Part shown: one piece after another, positions 38,725 through 43,716 of the stretch
Layout of the letters: each line of letters starts with the position of its first letter
How positions within the stretch are numbered: the first letter of the stretch is position 1
Source of the DNA: Salpingoeca rosetta
Taxonomy: Eukaryota; Protista; Choanoflagellata
Length of the DNA: 43,716 nucleotides
NCBI GenBank assembly: GCA_033442325.1
Contig: JAWQFM010000030.1
Coordinates: 508,361-552,076 of the forward strand
Direction of reading: 5' to 3'
Position numbers and translations under genes: made by a program
The notes under the pieces: model-generated
The model's input: only the letters and a program-made list of their open reading frames with translations
The model's database searches: none
What the model was told of the DNA's origin: nothing

Positions 38725-39740
38725 TGTGAGAGGAGCTATGAGCCTTTCTTGTGCCTTGTTTCTTGTGCCTTGTTTCTTGTGCCTTGTTTCTTGTGCCATG
38801 TTTCTTGTGAATTGACACCCCGTCATCACGCGCCACCACAACCCCTCTGCCACCGCGTTATGTCTTGCCTGACATCCGTCGCAACCAACACGTGCGTTAC
38901 CAACGACAGCAACGTGGTCCGCCATCGATTCCGCCGGGCACGGCCTCCAACGCGCCCATCAAGCACGTGATGATGAACAATGCCGCAGGCTCCTCGCCAA
39001 AGGGGTTCTCCTCCACCGCGCGCCGGTTTCAGCAGCAAGCGGCATCGGTATGTTCTGGTGTTGGTTGCACACTACGCGTGTCGGCAATGCAGTGCGTTCG
39101 TGTGTGCACATGTGCGTTCATGTGTGTGTGCATGTACGTTCATGTGTGTGCACATGTGTGTGTGTGTGTAACGCACAGCTTTCATCGTTGCAAGAGCGCA
39201 CCGTCTTACCGTGCCTCGACTGTGTGTACCCCTACTCTTGCGTGTGTACGTGGGGATGCTTGCTTGTTCACAGCCAACGCCGCCTTCGACAACGTACAAT
39301 GCCCACAAGCGGCTCGGCGCCTTGCAGGTGCACCCGGAGTCCACCTCCAAGAAGGGCTCCGGCTCCTTTGCCTCCAAGGTGCGTGCATGCGTCCGTCAAT
39401 GTGTCTCTGTGTGAACGTTGAATGTGTGTTCCATCCGCTAGCCACACCAGTGTATCTGCCTCCCCCATCACTCATCCTTGCCCTCGCTTCCCCTCCTTCC
39501 TTTTTTTTTCTCCTCATCCTCACCATCGTCATCACACCATCATCACCATCGTCACCACCACCACCACCACCAGAGTCGTCGGTTTGTGAAGAAGAAGCCT
39601 GTGCAAGGGGGCGAGCCAGGCTCATATGACCTCCCCACCGCTTTTACCTGCAAGCAAACAAACGCCACAAACTCGTCAGCGTCCATGGGCAGGGTATGTT
39701 GGGCAAGGAACAGAGAGAAGCACAACAAGAGGAGAGTGTA

Positions 39741-39771
<31 letters not shown>

Positions 39772-39790
39772 ATGTGTATGTGTATATGTG

Positions 39791-39877
<87 letters not shown>

Positions 39878-40254
39878 NNNNNNNNNNNNNNNNNNNNNNN
39901 NNNNNNNNNNNNNNNNNNNNNNNNNNNNNNNNNNNNNNNNNNNNNNNNNNNNNNNNNNNNNNNNNNNNNNNNNNNNNNNNNNNNNNNNNNNNNNNNNNNN
40001 NNNNNNNNNNNNNNNNNNNNNNNNNNNNNNNNNNNNNNNNNNNNNNNNNNNNNNNNNNNNNNNTCACACATTGGCACTACAACCCATGACCTTGGTTTAC
40101 CCAGGGAGTGCGTTTCAGTCCAAGTCAACCCGTCTTGGCCTGGCTCCAGCCGCACACACGCCGGGACCAGGTGAGGCCCCAGCCGTGTTCATGATCGCGA
40201 TATCGTGATATCGTGGTGGTGCTGCTGTGATGCATCATATGTGTACGTGTGTAC

Positions 40255-40293
<39 letters not shown>

Positions 40294-40300
40294 TGTGTAC

Positions 40301-40346
<46 letters not shown>

Positions 40347-43071
40347 ACGTTGAAGTTGAGGTGACACATTGAACAGCATTCCCCTCTTGTCCCCGTGTTC
40401 TCCTCCCCCTCCCTCCTTCCCTCCCGCCTCGATTCCCGATCCTTGCCCGATCTTTGCCCGCCATGACCTCGCTCCGTCGTGTTCACGCCATGCGTAACGC
40501 CGATTCCACAAACAGGCTCGTACAACCTCCACGCAACACCGCCCGCACCCTCCACTTCCCCTTCCCGCTCCCCACACAATCAGCGCCATGGACAACAACA
40601 GCATCAACACCACCATCAGCAGCATCAATTGCACCAACATCAACAACAACATCAACACCATCAGCAGCAGCATCAACAGCAGCATCAACTGCAGCATCAA
40701 CAGCCCACTTCCAGCTTCCGCTCGGCTGTTCAGCGGGAATCGCCATTGCCTCCAACAGCACACACGCCGGGACCAGGTGCACACATGTCAATGCACACGT
40801 TGACACACGCACACATGCACATAGATGTACATGGAATCACCCACACGCTCTCATTCACACACACATACACACGTACACACACGTACACACACATGCACTC
40901 ACACACGCACACATACACACACATGCACTCACACATACACCCACACATGCACTAACATACACCCACACATTCACACACACTCACACAATACAATAGGGTC
41001 GTATAACGTGGCATCGGACACCCCCGCGTCCAAAGCGAAACAGCAGCAGCACGTTGCTCTCCTCGCAAAGTAAGCACAGCACAGCGCACACAGGGCACAC
41101 TGCCTGGCATTATTATCCGTTTCAGGGCAATGCAGGACGCATGCTCCTTTTCATTACCCCTCCCCCTCTTTCATCCACTCACTCACTCACAAACCCTCTC
41201 CTTCTCGCCCTCGTCTCACTCAATCGCCCATCAACACGCAACGCACATTCCCACACTCACCCTCACCCTCTGCTTCTCCTCCCCTCACCCGTGTCCAGGC
41301 TGCGCGGGCCCTGCCTCCCGTCTGGCCAACACCGTGGCGGCACGCGGCAGCGAAGCGCTCATGTACTCCCAATATGGACAGCTTCACGCAGACGCCAGCC
41401 CTGCTCGCATGCGCGACACAGACCACCAACACTACGGCGGTGGTGGCGGTGGCGGCGGATATCAGCGTCGCGGTGGCAGTGGCGGTGCGCACGCTGACGC
41501 TCGCTACTACTACGACACGGCCAGCAGCACGTACAGCAGCAGCCGTGGATATGGCGATGGGTATGAGTATGGTGGCAGCAGCGACGTGTATGATCAGTAC
41601 GCGGGGTACAGCGACCGCTACCACCACCAGCATCGCCAGCGTCACAGCGTGAGCAGCAGCACGCGCAACTGGTCGCCACAGGCCCGCCGCAAGTTTCTTG
41701 CGTCAACACAAGTGCCGTCCACGCCAGGCCCAGGCGCCTATGAAGTGACGCAAGATGGCGGCAACAGCCCCGCGCACAAGGGGCGTGGTACATCCAGTGT
41801 CTTCAAGTCCAACACCCCACGCACAGGTGATAAAAGGGGCGTGTGTTTTGAAGGGATGGCGGTCGGCGATGGCGAGTGTACACGTGTGTCTGTCTGTGTG
41901 TCTGTGTCTGTGTCTGTGTCTGTGNNNNNNNNNNNNNNNNNNNNNNNNNNNNNNNNNNNNNNNNNNNNNNNNNNNNNNNNNNNNNNNNNNNNNNNNNNNN
42001 NNNNNNNNNNNNNNNNNNNNNNNNTGTGTGTGTGTGTGTGTGTGTGTGTCCCTGACCCTGCATCACAACGCGTGCTCATCTACCTCGCCCCTTCCCCCTT
42101 CATCACCACCACCATCACCACTACCACCACCACCACCACCACCACCAGGCATGGACCAGCAGCTTCAGCGCTTGGCCAAGGACGCCTTTCCCTCGCCAAC
42201 CAACTACCACCGCAGCCAGCACCAGCTCCCGTCAAAGTACAGACCAGGCAAAGGCTCGCTTAGGTCCACCTCGCTCGCCCGCACATACGCCGCTGCCGCC
42301 GCCGCCACATCTGTGCTGCCGTCTGTGCCATCAACCGCACCGGCTGCATCAGCATGCGAGCGCACGTCCAACAACCCGAGCCTCGTCACCCTGAGTGCCG
42401 GAAGCGGTCGCCACCCCCACGGCCGTCGAGGCAATGACGATGTGAGTACGATGCGTGTGAGCGGAGTTGGCTCCACATCACCGTCCGCCCGAACAGACCA
42501 ACACCAACACCATAATGGTCAGCGTTCGCGGTCCGGTTCGCTCGCAAGTGCACAGCACCGCAGACACCAGCGCCAGCAGGAGCATGGCGAGGGGAGTGGT
42601 GGCGTGTCCAAGAGTGCAACCAACATGCGAGCGGCATCAAAATCGTCATCAGCATCGTCGCTGGCACGACAGAAGCACGCGTCGCAACAGCCTGGTGTTG
42701 CTGCGTTTGAGTTTGGGATTGAGCCCCATCACACAACACCGTCATCGGCACCATCGGCACCATCATCACCTGCCACATCGTCACACCACGCTGGCCCGCG
42801 CCACCGCGAGCATGCCAGACATGTTTACCCGCACGGACAGCAGCGCCCAGCCCACCCGAGCAGCCACGGCAACAGCGCAGCCACCACGACGACAACAACA
42901 CGCACCACCAGCCCACAGGCACGCCACCCCTTTGGTGGCGGTCGCGCTGGGGATGGGATTGTAGCTGGGGATGAGGGTGGGAGCCCGTTGTTGGTGAAGC
43001 AGGCATCCTTCAGCTCTGCACCGACGCAACATCAGTTTGGCGTGGGTGCTGTTGGCGTCTCTGCACAATAG
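38538..43071 (+). CDS. SHIPPO (PGP) repeat flagellar protein, STPG1/MAPO2-like
   Basis: Approximate exons 38538-38624, 38910-39047 (KGFSSTARRF), 39274-39378 (PTPPSTTYN..SKKGSGSFASK), 39574-~39692 (EPGSYDLP), [gap], 40104-40170, 40516-40776, 40997-41069, 41299-41826, 42149-43071. Repeated F.S...R....TPGPG[SA]Y units are the SHIPPO/ODF3/STPG signature; KGF.S...RF and SKKG.G.F.S resemble STPG1. Confidence 0.78.
39878..40063. other. Assembly gap within the STPG1-like gene (second gap at 41925-42023)
   Basis: N runs; the first may hide a small exon. Confidence 0.99.
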
Positions 43072-43262
43072 TCAACAGTGAGAGGGGGGAAGAGGAGTTG
43101 GAAAGCAGGATGGCAGCTATGGTGACGTGGTGGTTGAATGATTTTGTGCGTGTGCGTGTGTGTGTGTGTGTGCGTGCGTGTGGTTTGGTGTCGAATAGAC
43201 AAACGTTCTGACAAGGGCCCTTGCTTGCTTGCAGTGGCCAATGAAATGCTGCTATGCTACAC

Positions 43263-43356
<94 letters not shown>

Positions 43357-43682
43357 TTGAATTTGGCGGCAGACTGCCCTCCACAATAAAAATTCTGTAT
43401 TCTCGCTCGATTCCAGCTCACCACACACCCATACAACACACACCACACTGCATACAAAGCACAAGAAGCCTGCCTGTCCTTCTCCTCCCAGCCTCCCACA
43501 CACAACCAGTGTTGCGCCCTATCGCTTCAGCAGCAGCCTTCACCACCACCACACCGTCTTGTGCTTGTTCCGCTGGGTAGCGGTAAGCCGCCACGACGCA
43601 TTCGCCAGAGGAGTCGCCACTGCCGCCCCTGTGGGCTTGTTCGCACGCATCCGTCTCACTGCGGCTGAGGTGTGCGTGTGTG

Positions 43683-43716
<34 letters not shown>

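Noticed and set aside
43440-43670. Possible exon of a further gene at the right edge
   Set aside because: GC-rich and flanked by splice-like signals, but strand and frame are ambiguous and no motif is recognisable.

Overview
Eukaryotic, GC-rich, very intron-dense and microsatellite-saturated DNA with four N-gaps. Gene content and style suggest a unicellular holozoan, probably a choanoflagellate such as Salpingoeca rosetta (inference). Almost all long six-frame ORFs (CVCV, HTHT) are microsatellite artefacts, so genes were rebuilt by splicing exons by hand and checking phase. Eight genes sit in four head-to-head pairs: (1) FAM13-like RhoGAP (-, runs off the left edge) / N-terminal FERM exons (+); (2) RUFY-like RUN protein (-, truncated) / probable SUN-domain membrane protein (+, truncated at a gap); (3) ESF1 (-) / NT5C3 (+); (4) TIR-TM-repeat-solenoid protein (-) / STPG1-like SHIPPO-repeat protein (+). 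Two candidates stand out. (a) A cytoplasmic tyrosine kinase with JAK-like domain order, FERM-SH2-kinase-kinase, in which both kinase domains are Syk/ZAP70-like and catalytically intact; its FERM domain is split by an ~8 kb foreign-looking block, so automated annotation could easily miss it. (b) A type II membrane protein with an N-terminal cytosolic TIR domain and ~15 extracellular 23-aa LRR-like repeats, i.e. a Toll-like receptor in reversed topology. All family assignments come from motif recognition by eye, not database searches.
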